A model generated the notes under the pieces. The model saw only the letters and a program-made list of their open reading frames with translations, was not told the origin of the DNA and ran no database searches. From assembly GCA_965649825.1 (NCBI GenBank), contig OZ287700.1, positions 1,054,001 to 1,118,000 on the forward strand: a stretch of 64,000 bases of DNA, written 5' to 3'. Below, piece by piece: positions 26,379 through 39,422 of the stretch. This DNA comes from Penicillus capitatus. Its lineage: Eukaryota; Plantae; Chlorophyta. The translations under genes and the position numbers were made by a program. Numbering within the stretch: position 1 is the first letter of the stretch; every line of letters begins with the position of its first letter.

Positions 26379-27245
26379 CTAGTTTGCGTTAATGCTCTTT
26401 CTCCCCTGTCGCTTGATCATTTCGATGGCGCTCTCTTTGAGCACGCCCACAAACGGCAGAGTTCGATATCGCTGATCAAAGTCCATTCCGTAACCGACGA
26501 CAAATTTGTCCGGACACTACGAGGCAACAGTCTCAGGCTAGACAGATACTTCTAACATCGAAGATCACTTGAAACCCCACGTAATCAGGTGTGACTTTCG
26601 CAGTTCTCCTGGCAGTCTTGTCAAGTAGGACGACCGTTTTGACGGAGGCACAGTTCTGCTGAAGAGCATTGCTGACGTGTTCGAGGGTCAGTCCTGTATC
26701 GCAGATGTCATCCACCTGACCCAAGAGAAATGTAACAGAGGGCTTTGATGGAAAATGAAAAGCTACGAGGAGAACGTGACGATCGGTGAGATTCGTTCTG
26801 CACCATTTCTCGACAGTGACCGTGCCGGACGATTCTTGCTCGGAGCCATAGGACTGAACCGTAAGAAAATCCATCTCCAATTCCTTGGGACATGGCTGCA
26901 TAGCTCGAACAAGATCTGCGATCAAAGCCGAATGTGGCGGCGCGTCGATCATGCAGAAGGGAATGACGACCTGCCGTAAAGAGGAACGCCCCTTTCAACG
27001 CGGAGAGGACGATGGGAGAGCGATCGCGGTATTCTTCGGCGAGTTGTCTACAACAAGGACATAACATCAAGAGCGATATGTTTTGTCTCCCGGGGGACGA
27101 ACGCTCCGAGCTGCGAAATGCGTTTTTGTAGAACCTCTTGTGAGAAGAGGATTTCGGAAATATCTTCCGCCTCTCCTTTGAACGACGTCGCCATATCTAA
27201 CGGTGCCACGAAAGGAGATGTCACATCGGGGCGCGACACCGCCAT
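26379..27245 (-). CDS. HPRT: Hypoxanthine-guanine phosphoribosyltransferase
   Basis: [54 protein letters not shown]. An upstream in-frame ATG at 27434 could add a targeting peptide. Confidence 0.92.
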
Positions 27246-27793
27246 GACCCTCCTCCACCGGTTCCCATCTTCTAGGGTTGTCCTTGAAACACCGCCAGAA
27301 CACACAACTCTCCTTGGAGACCTCCTTTCTCGCTTTCTGCGGTCATGACAACGCCTAGCTCGTTGTCTGGCTTCCGTGTCGATGCGTGTCCGGCAAGCCG
27401 TCACGGTATCGCCGGCAACAAGGAGACACGTCATGATAGGCCAGAGGATGATGTGACGTCAACCAAACGCGAAATTGGACTCGATGCTAATCGAGTCTTA
27501 CTCTCCTCATCGCCGAGCACTCACCTACCTTCCCAGAACGTTGTCGATCCCCTGCCATTGCGACGCACAGAACGGCATCGAGTGACAGCACCCCGTCCTC
27601 ATGTCCAAAACACCGTCCGGTTTCGAAATGCTGCATGACAGATGTGGGCATGATCGGTATTGATGGACCAAACGCGTCGAGTCGTCGACGATTGGATCAT
27701 TGAAAACCGACAACTGTTCTCCGGCGTTCCTTCGACTATTGCCAACGTCGTCATCCATATTCTATCACCGCGGAGCGTATACGACCGAAGGAC

Positions 27794-28680
27794 ATGACGA
27801 AGCACACGACGTCAGGGATACTTATTGCCTTCTGCCTCTCTGGTCTCCCTTTCCATTCGCCTGCATCATCTCCTCAACTTTTATTCTGGTGTAGTGCTGT
27901 CTGTCGTTACTTTCGCTCAGGAGAATCACCCTTTGACGAATATACCACATCCAGGGGACGTTCAAACTTCCTACGTTCTCCCTGATCATCCTTCTAAGCA
28001 GTTTCCTGCTGGAGAGCAAGTCATACAAGAGCACGAATCACATTCTCTTTGCATTTCGGTTTTTGTGCGATGTAGATTCCGATTCTCGTCGGTTTCCACA
28101 ATTCTGCGCCCAGAGGATACAATGTGTCGTATATTCTTGGCTCCCTCAATCTTCCGGAGAACAACATGTTCATCCAGAACTTCTCTTATTACGTACACGC
28201 CTCTCATCTTGAGAAATCACTCCATAGTGTATCGCAGGCGTACTTTGCCATGGTGCCATCCAAGCACGAAGCCACGTTCGAATATGCTTTCCGTCCGGAC
28301 AAATCACTGCGTCCCATGGAACTGCGTGTGGCATTGACGATGTTCTATGGAGACAGTGAAGGCCAACTCTATGGCTCCACCTTCTTCAATGAGACGATTG
28401 ACATCGTGGAGAAGCCGGCGTTGATCGATTACGAGATGGTGTGGATGTGGATCGTTATGCTTGCACTTGCCGGAGCAGCAGGTTCTCTCTCACACTTTTG
28501 TTCTCTCAGTATTAAGTGTGAGATATACTGCACGCAGTATACAGTATCGTGTCGTGGATGGGCGGAATGACGACGGGCAAGAAGGGACGCGTTAAGAAGA
28601 CGCCAAAGAGGACCACTGATGAGAGTAGCAAAGATGATTGGTTAACCGGAACGCCTTCTCAGCGTGCCAAACAAAAATAA
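27794..28680 (+). CDS. SSR1: Translocon-associated protein alpha (TRAP-alpha)
   Basis: Signal peptide, FIQNFS, EATFEYAFRPD..L.P, STFFNETIDIVE, a TM segment and a basic tail ending ..DDWLTGT. Confidence 0.85.
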
Positions 28681-29007
28681 TCTCCATTCATGAGAGAGAC
28701 GGAGACCATGCTCATGCATCTACTGTCTGCTGAACATCTTATCTGCTTTAAGATAGATGGATGACTTTACTTCCATCACACTTCCTTCTCTGAGGAAGCG
28801 CTGTCACATCACGGCATGTCTTCATTGAGCAACGATGGCGATTGCGGTCGACGTCATCGACAGAGATCTAACGTCACGTCTGATCTGACAGCTTGCCAAA
28901 TCGAGATCTCGCCAGACGATAAATTGCGTTTCCCTCGCCTTTGTTTGCCATTTCACATTTGACTCCCAGCTTTCTATTCTCTCTGTTCTCTTCGACGGTC
29001 CAACATT

Positions 29008-29902
29008 ATGTCGGCAATGAGCACCAAGACGTCACCCCTGTCCGTCAAAGCCCCATCCGCCTCGCGCGTCAGAATCCCCTTCAAGGGTGGCCGGGTGCGA
29101 CCCTTTTAGTAATACGTCATGCATGCATCGAACAACGAGATGCGCTATCACAGGATGCCAGTCAGGTGACGCGTGCCGCTGCTGAATTCTACGGACCGAA
29201 CCGCGTCTTGTGGCTCGGACCTTTCTCTGAGGGAACCGTCCCGCCTTACCTCACCGGTGAATTCCCCGGCGACTATGGATGGGACACAGCCGGTCTCTCC
29301 GCTGACCCTCAGACGTTCGCCAAATACCGCGAACTTGAAGTCATCCACGCTCGCTGGGCGATGCTGGGAACACTTGGGTGCTTGACCCCTGAGCTTCTCA
29401 GCAGATACGGCGGTGTTCAGTTTGGCGAATCCGTCTGGTTCAAAGCCGGTTCGCAGATTTTCGCCAAGGGAGGTCTGGACTACCTCGGCAACCCTTCGCT
29501 CGTCCACGCTCAGTCCATCCTGGCCATCCTCGGTTGCCAAGTGCGACATGATCCTTGTGATCCGCGCGTGTCCACGTGTGCGTGGCGTAGGTCGTCTTGA
29601 TGGGACTGGCTGAGGCCTACCGTGTAAATGGCGGTCCTCTCGGCGAGGGACTCGACTCTCTCTACCCCGGCGAAGCTTTTGACCCACTCGGTCTTGCCGA
29701 CGATCCCGATACCTTTGCTGAATTGAAGATCAAAGAGATCAAGAACGGAAGGCTCGCCATGTTCTCTATGTTTGGATACTTCGTCCAGGCCATTGTTACC
29801 GGAAAGGGGCCAGTCGAGAACTGGGCTGACCATATTGCCGATCCCGTCAACGTCAATGGCTTGACTGCCGTCTTTGCGACGAAGTACGACCCTTCTGCCT
29901 AA
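29008..29902 (+). CDS. LHCBM: Major light-harvesting chlorophyll a/b-binding protein (LHCII)
   Basis: [72 protein letters not shown]. Confidence 0.97.
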
Positions 29903-30096
29903 GAAGGACGCCCCACTCTATATTATTTGTTGACAATGGGCGTCGCCCAGAGAAGATCAGCTGTCTGATACCATTATTCTGTTGACGTGCGTACGTACGT
30001 GCGTGCGTTCAACGTGAGATTATTGATTTGTGAGCTCGACGGGAGCTGCGAAAAAATGGACGGAGACTCGATTAAGAAGTTCTTGTTTTACAATGC

Positions 30097-30973
30097 CGCG
30101 ATCGATTACGTCGATAACGATCTCGACAGGCATCATTCGTTTCCTTCCGCACACGGCGACGACTCGTCCTCCTTCCACCGCGTTTCTCTTTCGTCGGCCT
30201 CGGCACCGATCGCCGCCTTTCACCGTAAGCCCGCGAGATACGAACGTCTAACAGGAGACACTGGTGACGACAGGAGCGGAGATGCGTCGCAAGTGGCAAA
30301 GCAATCGAGAAACAGACGCTCGGCACTGTCAAGAGCATCCGTTCGGTGTGTTGGATCAGTTTTTGGTCACAGCTGACGCTGTCTCTCACATCAGCCGGGA
30401 TCCTCTTCTTCACACTCGTTACCTCGAGATCTGTGCGTCATTCTCTCTTGCGAAAGTGCCTTCAACGATCGATCGATATCTAGAGACCTGTGTCTTCGCT
30501 GTTTCTCCTCGTGGGTGTCGCATCGGCACTCATCAGCACCGCCATCATTCGCAAGATCTTGGACGATACACGACGAGTGATCGCCGTTGACGATGTGCAG
30601 CTCACCTTCGAGAAATGGGATGGCGTTGGCTGGCTGCTGCGAAATACAGATGTTAATCTTCTCGGCATGGCTTCGAGCATTGTCGCTTTGCAGGGCGAAT
30701 GCGGGATGCTGGTGGCAAAGCTCCTCCGAACATCGACTGCCACGACACCTTACGCCGTTCCATCTCAAGGCGCCGCACCTGCCAGTATCGATGTCTTTGC
30801 CGTACAGGTATCCCTCGACCCTGTAATGGAAGGAAGCAACTGTCTGCCCCTAGGGATGTGCGAATGTCCTGCTGGCGCATTTTGTATCGATCTTCTTCTT
30901 GACTTTTGCTCTACGTCTGTTACAGGGCCTCCAGGCCAAAAAGGCGGCGGCCGTCATTGATGGACTCGTGTGA
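30097..30973 (+). CDS. TIC21: TIC21/PIC1-like (DUF3611) chloroplast inner-envelope membrane protein
   Basis: The spliced frame gives WISFWSQLTLSLTSAGILFF, VNLLGMASSIVALQGECGMLVAK, SIDVFAVQ|GCANVLLAHF, matching remembered TIC21 motifs. The 5' exons are uncertain. Confidence 0.8.
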
Positions 30974-31143
30974 ATGAATGATGCATCCATAGTCTACAGT
31001 TGTCACAGCTTAATGACAGATGGTTTTATTGTAACGCGTGTTTTTGGCAAAACAAACATCTTTATAAAATGGACCGTCTTTGGTCGAACGTTACTCGTGG
31101 CTCAAGATCCGATTCGTCCAAATCGCGCCCGGCAGAAATTGTG

Positions 31144-32238
31144 ATGGACCCCCGGGAACACGAACCGAAGACGGAAGCCGGCGGCCTTGTCCTCGGATGC
31201 CTGGTTCCGGACTTCGTGGCGGAAACGACGCAGCGGAGGATTGAGTGGCACAGATGGATTGGTAGGCCATCCTTACGCTCTGAACCCACTTGCAGCCTTT
31301 CCGAAACGCAGGCGACAGTTGGGCATTGCTCCTGGGATATCCTTTCGATTTCCATCCGATTGCTGCCACAGAACTGGCACAGTTAGCAAAACTGCGCGGC
31401 GATCTTCGACACAGGTTCCCTCAACACACACGATGACTGCTGGCAACGCATCTCTGTATCTGTCCAGGCAGATAAAGGTGGCGGTCGTGTCGGACAACAC
31501 TGTGGAAGAGCACGAAGTGCCACTCGAGCCCATCGTGAAATGATGTGACGTTTGTATGTGTAGAAATTTGTACGTGACGTTGAATCGATGGAGATAACAG
31601 GCGGCTCTCCGATCGACTTCCCACTGATTTCGGATCCCGAACGGACAGTGGTCGAGACGTATGGGATGTTGGATGCCAATGTCAAATCCCCGACCGATGA
31701 TTTGCCGATCTGCTGTCGAGCACTGTTTCTTATTGGCCCCGACAAGAGACTCAAATTCTCTATGCTCTATCCGACAAAGACGGGACGGAATTTGAATGAA
31801 GTGCTGAGAGTCTTCGATTCCATTCAATGCAACGAAACACACGAGTGCATCCATCTATGCGTCGATGGGTCTTTGATGTGACGTTTCTAGAGTGCTGACG
31901 CCTGTGAACTGGGCGCCTGGTGATCCGGTCGTGATCAATCCTTATCTCGATGAGTCCGCCGCGCATGAGAAACATGGAAAGATCCGGACGATTACGTTGC
32001 CGTCTGGTATGAAGTACCTAAGATACGTGGTACGTCACATCATGCCTGCCATCACGATTTCTCCATGACGGACACGATCCTGTTGCATCAGGCGGATCCA
32101 ACAGGTCCTCCCAAATCGTCGAATTCGTGGGGTGGATTTTTTAAGACGGTCTTGGGAGTGAGTTTCGGCATCGTGATCGGTGCCGTCGGCGGAAAAGTCG
32201 TCAAGCCGCTAAAAGAGAAGTCCACATCTTCTCTCTAG
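31144..32238 (+). CDS. Prx6/1-Cys peroxiredoxin-like protein lacking the peroxidatic Cys, with a C-terminal TM tail
   Basis: G.LVPDF.AETT, GDSWALL, DFHPIAATEL (canonical DFTPVCTTEL), RALFLIGPDKRLK, YPTKTGRN, TPVNW.PGD, LPSGMKYLRY, then an extra last exon. Confidence 0.88.
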
Positions 32239-32412
32239 ATGGATATGGTCCATGACCTCATAAACCAACCCAAAATGCAGAGACTAGTCATTTCTCTGGG
32301 TCAAGAAGCCAGAAATGCCTCAGTGGAGCGGATTTTGAGAGAATTGTATTCATTGTTCGCACGACCGAGAATAAACATGATGTGACGTTTATATCCGCGC
32401 TGTGACGAGAGC

Positions 32413-33915
32413 ATGTTCATATCCATTGTCCTGTTCGTGTTGGTTTCCACTGGCTGTCGTCGAATCGATGCCGAGACCTCTTTGCTCGACGCTGCGAGGT
32501 CCTTTGAGCCGTGGCTGATCGAGAAGCGTCGCGAACTGCATCGCATTCCTGAGCTCGAATTCGATTTGCCGAAGACGACTGCCGCCGTTCGCAACGTATT
32601 GGACACCTACGGCATCTCCTACACGTTATCTCTCTATCTATGTCGTCATCGCGCCGCCGACATTGGGTCTTTAGATATCCCGTGGGTCAGTCTGGCATTG
32701 TCGCGACGATTGGGACAGGAACCGATCGCATCGTCGCTCTGCGAGCCGACATGGATGCACTGCCCATTACAGAAGACACAGGACTCGAGTTCACTAGTGA
32801 AGTGGGACGAAGCTTGTGATCTTTGTGATCACTCATCACATTTGCTGTTGTGCAGCATGAAGGCCGAATGCATGCCTGTGGACACGATGCTCACACAACA
32901 ATGCTTCTGGGAGCAGCACGTTTACTGAAGGAACGGGAGACATCTCTGAGAGGCACAGTGAAGCTCGTCTTCCAGCCAGCCGAAGAGGTTGGCCGTGGCG
33001 CTCGAGATATGCTCAAGACAGGAGTGTTGGATGATGTGATGATGATGTTTGGCTTTCACGTGTGGCCGATGTTGGAGACTGGAAGCGTTGTGACACGGAC
33101 AGGGGTGTTCATGGGTGGCGTCAATCGTTTTGATGTGACAGTTAGAGGAAAGGGAGGACATGCATCGATGCCACATCTATCCGTCGATCCACATGTCGCT
33201 GTCGCCAATATGATCCTGGCATACCAGGTGAATACTTACATAGAGTGAGAACCGTCAGACGATGTGTGACCAGACACTGATTTCACGAAGAACGAGTCCA
33301 ATGGACGCTAATGTCGTGACAGTGACTCAAGTACATGGAGGCAGCGCCTTTAATGTGATTCCAGACACCGTGTCCTTCGGTGGAACGATGAGGTCCACCC
33401 TTTTCCAAAGAAGAGTGACTGACACGACGTGCATGCGTTCAGGTCTTTGCAGCCGAATGGAATTCAGGGTTTGGAGGAAGTGTTTGAGAATATGACAATA
33501 AGGATAGCAGCAACGTTTGAATGCGCGGTGACGATTGAATTTCCCACAAGAGGCGATCCAGTGATCAACCATCCAACCTCCACCGCCTTTGCCCAGGAGG
33601 TCGCGCGAAAGTATGCAAGACGGTGCGCAGGGTATCGCGAGTTTTGTTCGTGTTAGTATGTTCGGGGAGGAGTCTGTGATCGAAGGGGATCCGTCCACTG
33701 CCGCCGAAGATTTTGCCTATTATGGGCAGAAGCTCCCGGCGACGTTTCTCTTTCTGGGCATTCGAAACGAGACGCTCGGGACAACAGCCCTTCTACACAC
33801 GCCGCAGTTTGACATCGATGAGTCTGTATTGCACAGAGGTGCTGCGCTGCATGCAGCGTTGGCGATAGACTATCTGAGCAGCACAAGTCTGCCCACATCG
33901 AAAACAGAGTTGTAA
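32413..33915 (+). CDS. ILL: IAA-amino acid hydrolase ILR1-like M20D amidohydrolase
   Basis: Signal peptide, [51 protein letters not shown]-terminal KTEL. Confidence 0.92.
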
Positions 33916-33944
33916 ACGCACACAAGCGCATCCATCGCCTTCTC

Positions 33945-36900
33945 TCAAGCAAACGTCGTCATTTGCACGCCGGCGTCGTTCGCGATTTTGATAAAGACTT
34001 CTTCGAGCGTCGCATTTGAGACTCCCCAATCGAGGATGTCGATCTCGGCGTCGTTCTTGAGCTGCTCCATGTAAGCGAACACGTCCTGTAGCTGAACTGC
34101 CTCTGTTGGCAGTTCGAATTTCTGCGTGCCGCCCAAGGAGTAGACGGGACGTGCCGTCCGGCAGAATGTATAGATCGCCGAGGCCGTCTTTTCCTCTTGT
34201 CCGCTGGCAGACGTAATAGAAAACTGCAGATAACTCCCGTACCGAGCCGTGAGATCCTGGCCGATAAGCAACGTCAAAGGAAGCGAGTGAATGAATGCAC
34301 GCGCCTTTGGATTGCCGACGCAACGCAGCTGTCCGCCCACAAAGATGCCGAGTCGATCGCAGAGAGCCTCGGCTTCTTCCATAGAATGCGTCGTCAGCAC
34401 AATCGCTGTATGCTTCTTCGCTTTCTTGATGACATCCCAGAGGAGTCGTCGAGACGATGGATCCAATCCAGTGCTCGGTTCGTCGAGATAAGCGACGAAC
34501 GGAACACCGATCAATGCGATCGCAACACTCAATCTCCGTTTCATACCACCACTGCGGCACATAAGATCAGCGACGGTGCAGATAGAAATGCCGAAACGTG
34601 CCTGTATGTGCGAACTTGTTTGTCGCCGATGGCGTCGTTCAAAAGATTGACGCTCTTCAACGAATCATACACAGCATTGGCCAACTGTTCCCCTTTCAGA
34701 TTTTTGAGTCGGCCATAGAACAATAGATGTTCCTGACCCGTGAGCGTCTCCCACAGTAAATCGTGCTGTGGACAGGCTCCCATAAAGGAATAGATGGCGG
34801 ACATGTCGCTTTGTGTATCGTAACCCGCGACGATAACCGACCCCGATGTCGGCTGGAGGAATCCCTCCATCATACGAATCGTTGTCGTCTTGCCAGCGCC
34901 ATTCGGACCCAAAAGACCGAAGCATTGCTGTCGACCGATGGCGAGCGAGAGATTGTTGACAGCGACTTTGGGATCGGCATGTCCTCTCCTCGGATAGACC
35001 TTTCTCAGATGGCGCAAGAGGATGGCGCCATCGCCCTCTGGATCCTCGTCTCCGAGCTCGAAGGATTCCCAAATCTGTTCGACGCGTGCGCGCTCGGCTG
35101 CGACATCGGCGGCGTCATCTTCGCAGTAAGCCCCACTGCGTCGCCGTCCAAGGGCCTCCATTGTTCGGCTCAGGTCATTCTAAACGCCCAGGAAAGAAAT
35201 CGACGTTCGTATCGACGATCGCCGGACACTTGCTTGTTCCATACCGTCTCGATCGACGGGTGAGACAACGGTCTCCAGTAATTCGGCGAGGCGCGATGAA
35301 GAGTCTTCCAGTATCTTGGGCGAACTATCGGATACTGGCAGTGTCGGCATGTTGCCAGCAGATCCCCAATAACTGCCTGTCGCCGTGTCGCTACCTTCGA
35401 TCGGCGTTCCGCCCACCACTCGTGGTATTCCTGTCGATGCCCTGAAAAGAGTCTGCGTCTAAATCGAGGCAACGGGAAGGAGATCGATGCCTAGACTGAG
35501 CGGAATGAACATCAACAGACTTAGAGCTTCGAGATCTCGTCGAGGATTTCGTTTCCTCCTTTGTCGCCACCGATCGTCGTCGCAGTTTACTTTCACGCAT
35601 CAACTCAGCATTCGACAGCGCACGATCCAAAGAGATCTCGGCGTTTTCCTCAGCGGATGCGAGCACCTTCTCTTTGCTCTTCTTTTTCTTTGCGTCATAG
35701 CTGCAGCCCAAAAAGAACAAGGGATGTCGACGCGTCCCTAATCCATTGTCAGACACCTGCGATCGGCCGATCGAACCGCATCGACGTCATCGCACCGATC
35801 GCCCCACCTGATCTTTGTACCAGGCCCCGATGAGAAATACGAACCATTCGATCGCGAAGATGATCAGGACGCGCTTCATGCCGTTCTTCTCATCGCCAAG
35901 TTTGCTCCACGTCAATCCGTCTCCCGAATTGTAGGACGCGAGAAACGCGTACTCGGCTAGTTCCCAGACGCCACGATAGAGACCGAAGGATGGCATGATT
36001 TGCATTCCATGTGCGATCCACGATGGACCGCGAATGACGAATGGACCCAGTAGAAACGAGCCCACGAATCCTGAACCAATGACCCAGACGATGGTTGTAT
36101 GAACAGCGGTTTTCTGATCTTTGAAGAGTGTCGCCATCCAAAATCCCCATGCAACCATCAACTGACCCCACACACCGTAGAATACCAACTAGACACGCAC
36201 AGGTGGGTCTTTGTGACCATCCGTCATGGCCCCACGCAATCGATGACCTGAAGACTCAGCTGGTTCTTAATGAAGACGCTGAGACCGAGCCACGATCCAG
36301 AGATCATGAAAACGGCGATAAAGCAGCAGTAGATAGAAACCTGCCATGTGTACGTTACAAAGTAATAGGCTCGATCGTCGAGTCCTTGCATCTTCATCAC
36401 GATGCGCAGTTGATGTTGCTTCTCATGCATCAGATGATGTACATGTACCTAGTAGACATCCACTGAGTGTCGGTGTTCGTGGATGGACGATCGCGGCATA
36501 CGGGAAGCAGCATCTGAAGAAGCCAGAGAAAGAAAACGGGTCCCAACAATGCCGAGAAATCGATGCTCAGACGCGTCTCCGGTTTTGGCATGCCACGCAG
36601 ACCGTACAGTCGCATATAGTACTCCGAATCCTACACAAATAGCCACCCGTTTTCTCAAGACATCGCGTCATCGCGATCGTTTACATTCATGTGGTGACGC
36701 AGAAAAGCATTGGCCGCGAGATTGAGAGGCTGATTGTGTCGTTGCAGTTCAGGTATCTGATCGAACTCGGTGTATCCTGTATCGTTCACCCGAATGTCCA
36801 CGAGAAAATGTCGATTTCGCGTCGATTTCCAATCGTAGATAGCACTGACATGCTCCTATCGAGCGACTCTATGATGCGCCAAGACGTCATGTGTCATCGA

Positions 36901-38427
36901 CAAAGGTTACCGTGGAAAGATATTTATGAGAAGACGTTGCTGAACTGGAGCGCTCGATGGAACAGGCGGTGTTGAACCAGCTGCAGTAGAGCTCGTAATC
37001 GATGTCCTCCGATCTCGGTCGCCTAGACAGATCGAACGTCATCGGCGATAGACGCGTTTCGTGGAGTTTGCCATTCTGGATCCAGGCTGACGCATCTTAG
37101 CGGCCTGCCGATCAGGTGTTCCGTTTCGCAACTGGCTCTCATAAGTCCAAGCAACTGCACGTCTGTTAAGGCCGAACAGTTGTGCAAGACAACATAGAGT
37201 GGCTCAGGAGTAGGCGGCGGCAGAAGTGCCGGTTCTAAGAACAGGCTCTGGGAGCTAGATGAAGGCGTTCCTGGAACAAAGATGGCCGCTCAGTAAGAGA
37301 CGGGCGTCTGAAGAGATACCTAAGACGACGCCTAAGCTGCTCAATGTATGGGTGAATCGGTTGGCGAGGTCAAGCAGTTCTGTCGACAGCATTCCGTATG
37401 CCTGTCCACGAGTAGTATCTGATCCACGACGCAGTTTCTTCATCTGTTCATCTTCGTCATCGTCTTGACCTCCGCGTTGCGCCGCCGGATCGACGACAGT
37501 ATCCGCAGAAGTGCCAGCGGATAACGTGCAGGTGTCGGATGTGGACAGGAATCCGAGAGGCTACAGAATTACCGCGCGTTCGCACACAGTCTCTGAAAAT
37601 CGTATACACGAACGACATTGGGATCACTGCCGGTCTCTGATCGACTGCCAAGGAGCTCGAGCAGATCCACGACGTCGGACTGATCTGTCGGCACCAGCTG
37701 ATGCATCAGCTTGATAGATCGTTCTTTGTTAAGCCCTGTAAACAGAGTCGAATGGCGTTGAATCCAATCATCTCGACTCTTGGAGAACGGCACCTAGAGA
37801 TCGCACCCGTCAGGCGTAATCTATGCGAAGTGCTGCTGCCGATGACTTTGATAAACGCGGGGTAGGTGGGAGGCTCTTCGATGGCGCAAAACGGTGCCTG
37901 TCTGTCTTTAGAGTACTGCACGCCGCATGTCGTTGAATCGAATGACTAGGCAGCAGAACAAGGATGTGTGATAGAACCTTGATTGTGTCGTTGGATCGCA
38001 CTTGGCATTTCGAAGATCGCAGACAAGGTTTCTGTGGCGTCGCTTCGAAATAGTGGTACTCGTAGCGTTCGATACCGTTCTCTGTGACGACTACCGTTTG
38101 TGGCACGTGATGGCCGATGTGTGTCGTTACCTTCGATGAGAACCCAGTCGAAGCATGACGTGCATCGACATCCACATTTGAAGTTATGCGATCGGAGTTC
38201 GTTTTCGATCAGTAAAGAGAGTCCATAGAGTATCACACAAAAAAAGATAGGCGACAAAACAATCGCCAAATTCGTCTCCCAGCGACGTTTCTATACAAAC
38301 AATCCGCATCGCAGGGCGACAATTGCCGAAGCCACACCTGTAGAGCGACGTTCTTTCGCAAGAGTGCTTTGCATTGAGCAACGAGTGACGCCGGAAGACT
38401 GGGAGACAGATTTGAGACGCACGTCAT
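33945..38427 (-). CDS. ABCA: ABC transporter subfamily A (plant ATH-type half transporter)
   Basis: [91 protein letters not shown]. Confidence 0.95.
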
Positions 38428-38654
38428 GGCCTGACTGCCTTACCGGATATGTTTGCGTTCGGTGAGGTCGTTTCGCTTTGGAACCTCTTTTCCGGGTGCC
38501 ATGGATGACAACGACGATTCATTCACTCGAGTGTCAAAGATAACTTAACAGTCACGCGACGTTTGAGACATGGCTGTAAACTTGTGTTTACAAAACAGGC
38601 AACAAAACTTCGCGTTTCAAAACTGAATGGCAACGCCTTGTCTGATGACCCCAC

Positions 38655-39081
38655 CTAGTTTTGTTTTTCGCTCGCCGACGATTGGCCTTGCTTTGTATCT
38701 TCTCGCATCTTGGCGATCGCGTCACGCATCTTTCTGCGCTGAGCTTCGCGTCTACGACATCAGAAAGCGACATGCATATGGGAATGCCCATGGTTTGAAG
38801 GGTTCACTCTCGAATAGCTTCTTGATAATTTACCGCTTCGGCTGGGGCATCTGCCAAGAATAAGCTCATGCCCACCGCAAGAACGACGCCTCTGCCCAGT
38901 AGGCATCTAAGTCTCGATGAATCTCAACATAGACAGGTTACCTTCGCGTCGTCTCAGGACTCGAGACAAAGGCAGGTGCGGGTTTTTTCGGGGAGACGAC
39001 GCAGTCAGCCGGTTTTGCATGCTTTGTCACAGAGCTGCTACACAGGACGCTGGAACAAGGCAGTCGCGAACGGACAAACAT
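38655..39081 (-). CDS. Small putative thylakoid-lumen protein (bipartite Tat-type presequence), absent from the ORF track
   Basis: Three exons with GT-AG introns give MFVRSRLPCSSV..ETTRR|CLLGRGVVLAVGMSLFLADAPAEA-VNYQEAIRE|REAQRRKMRDAIAKMRE..KQN*. Confidence 0.65.
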
Positions 39082-39422
39082 CGCTACGCCGAACACCTTC
39101 CTGAGATCGCCAACGTAAAGATGATCTCATTCGTGACCGAATGATGCGTCATTGATCCCAATCGCAACAAGTTCGCAGACAATCTAAAAGGGCAGGGCAA
39201 GCCGTAACCGTTTCGATTCGTGGCTGTATGAACATCGTCGCCAACACTATATCACACCACCCGAATTGTAACATAAGATATCATTGATTCCTGGCCCACT
39301 GTGTCCTTGTCAGTACACCCTCTCATTGTATAATTCTATGAGAAAATTTCGTCCACGTGATAGGAACCTATTTAATCAGCGGCCTTTTAGCTTTACTGCA
39401 TTTCGTCCTAAGGCAGAGCGCG

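Noticed and set aside
29185-29205. LHCII trimer motif FYGPNR instead of WYGPDR
   Set aside because: A known, common variant in green-algal LHCBM proteins.
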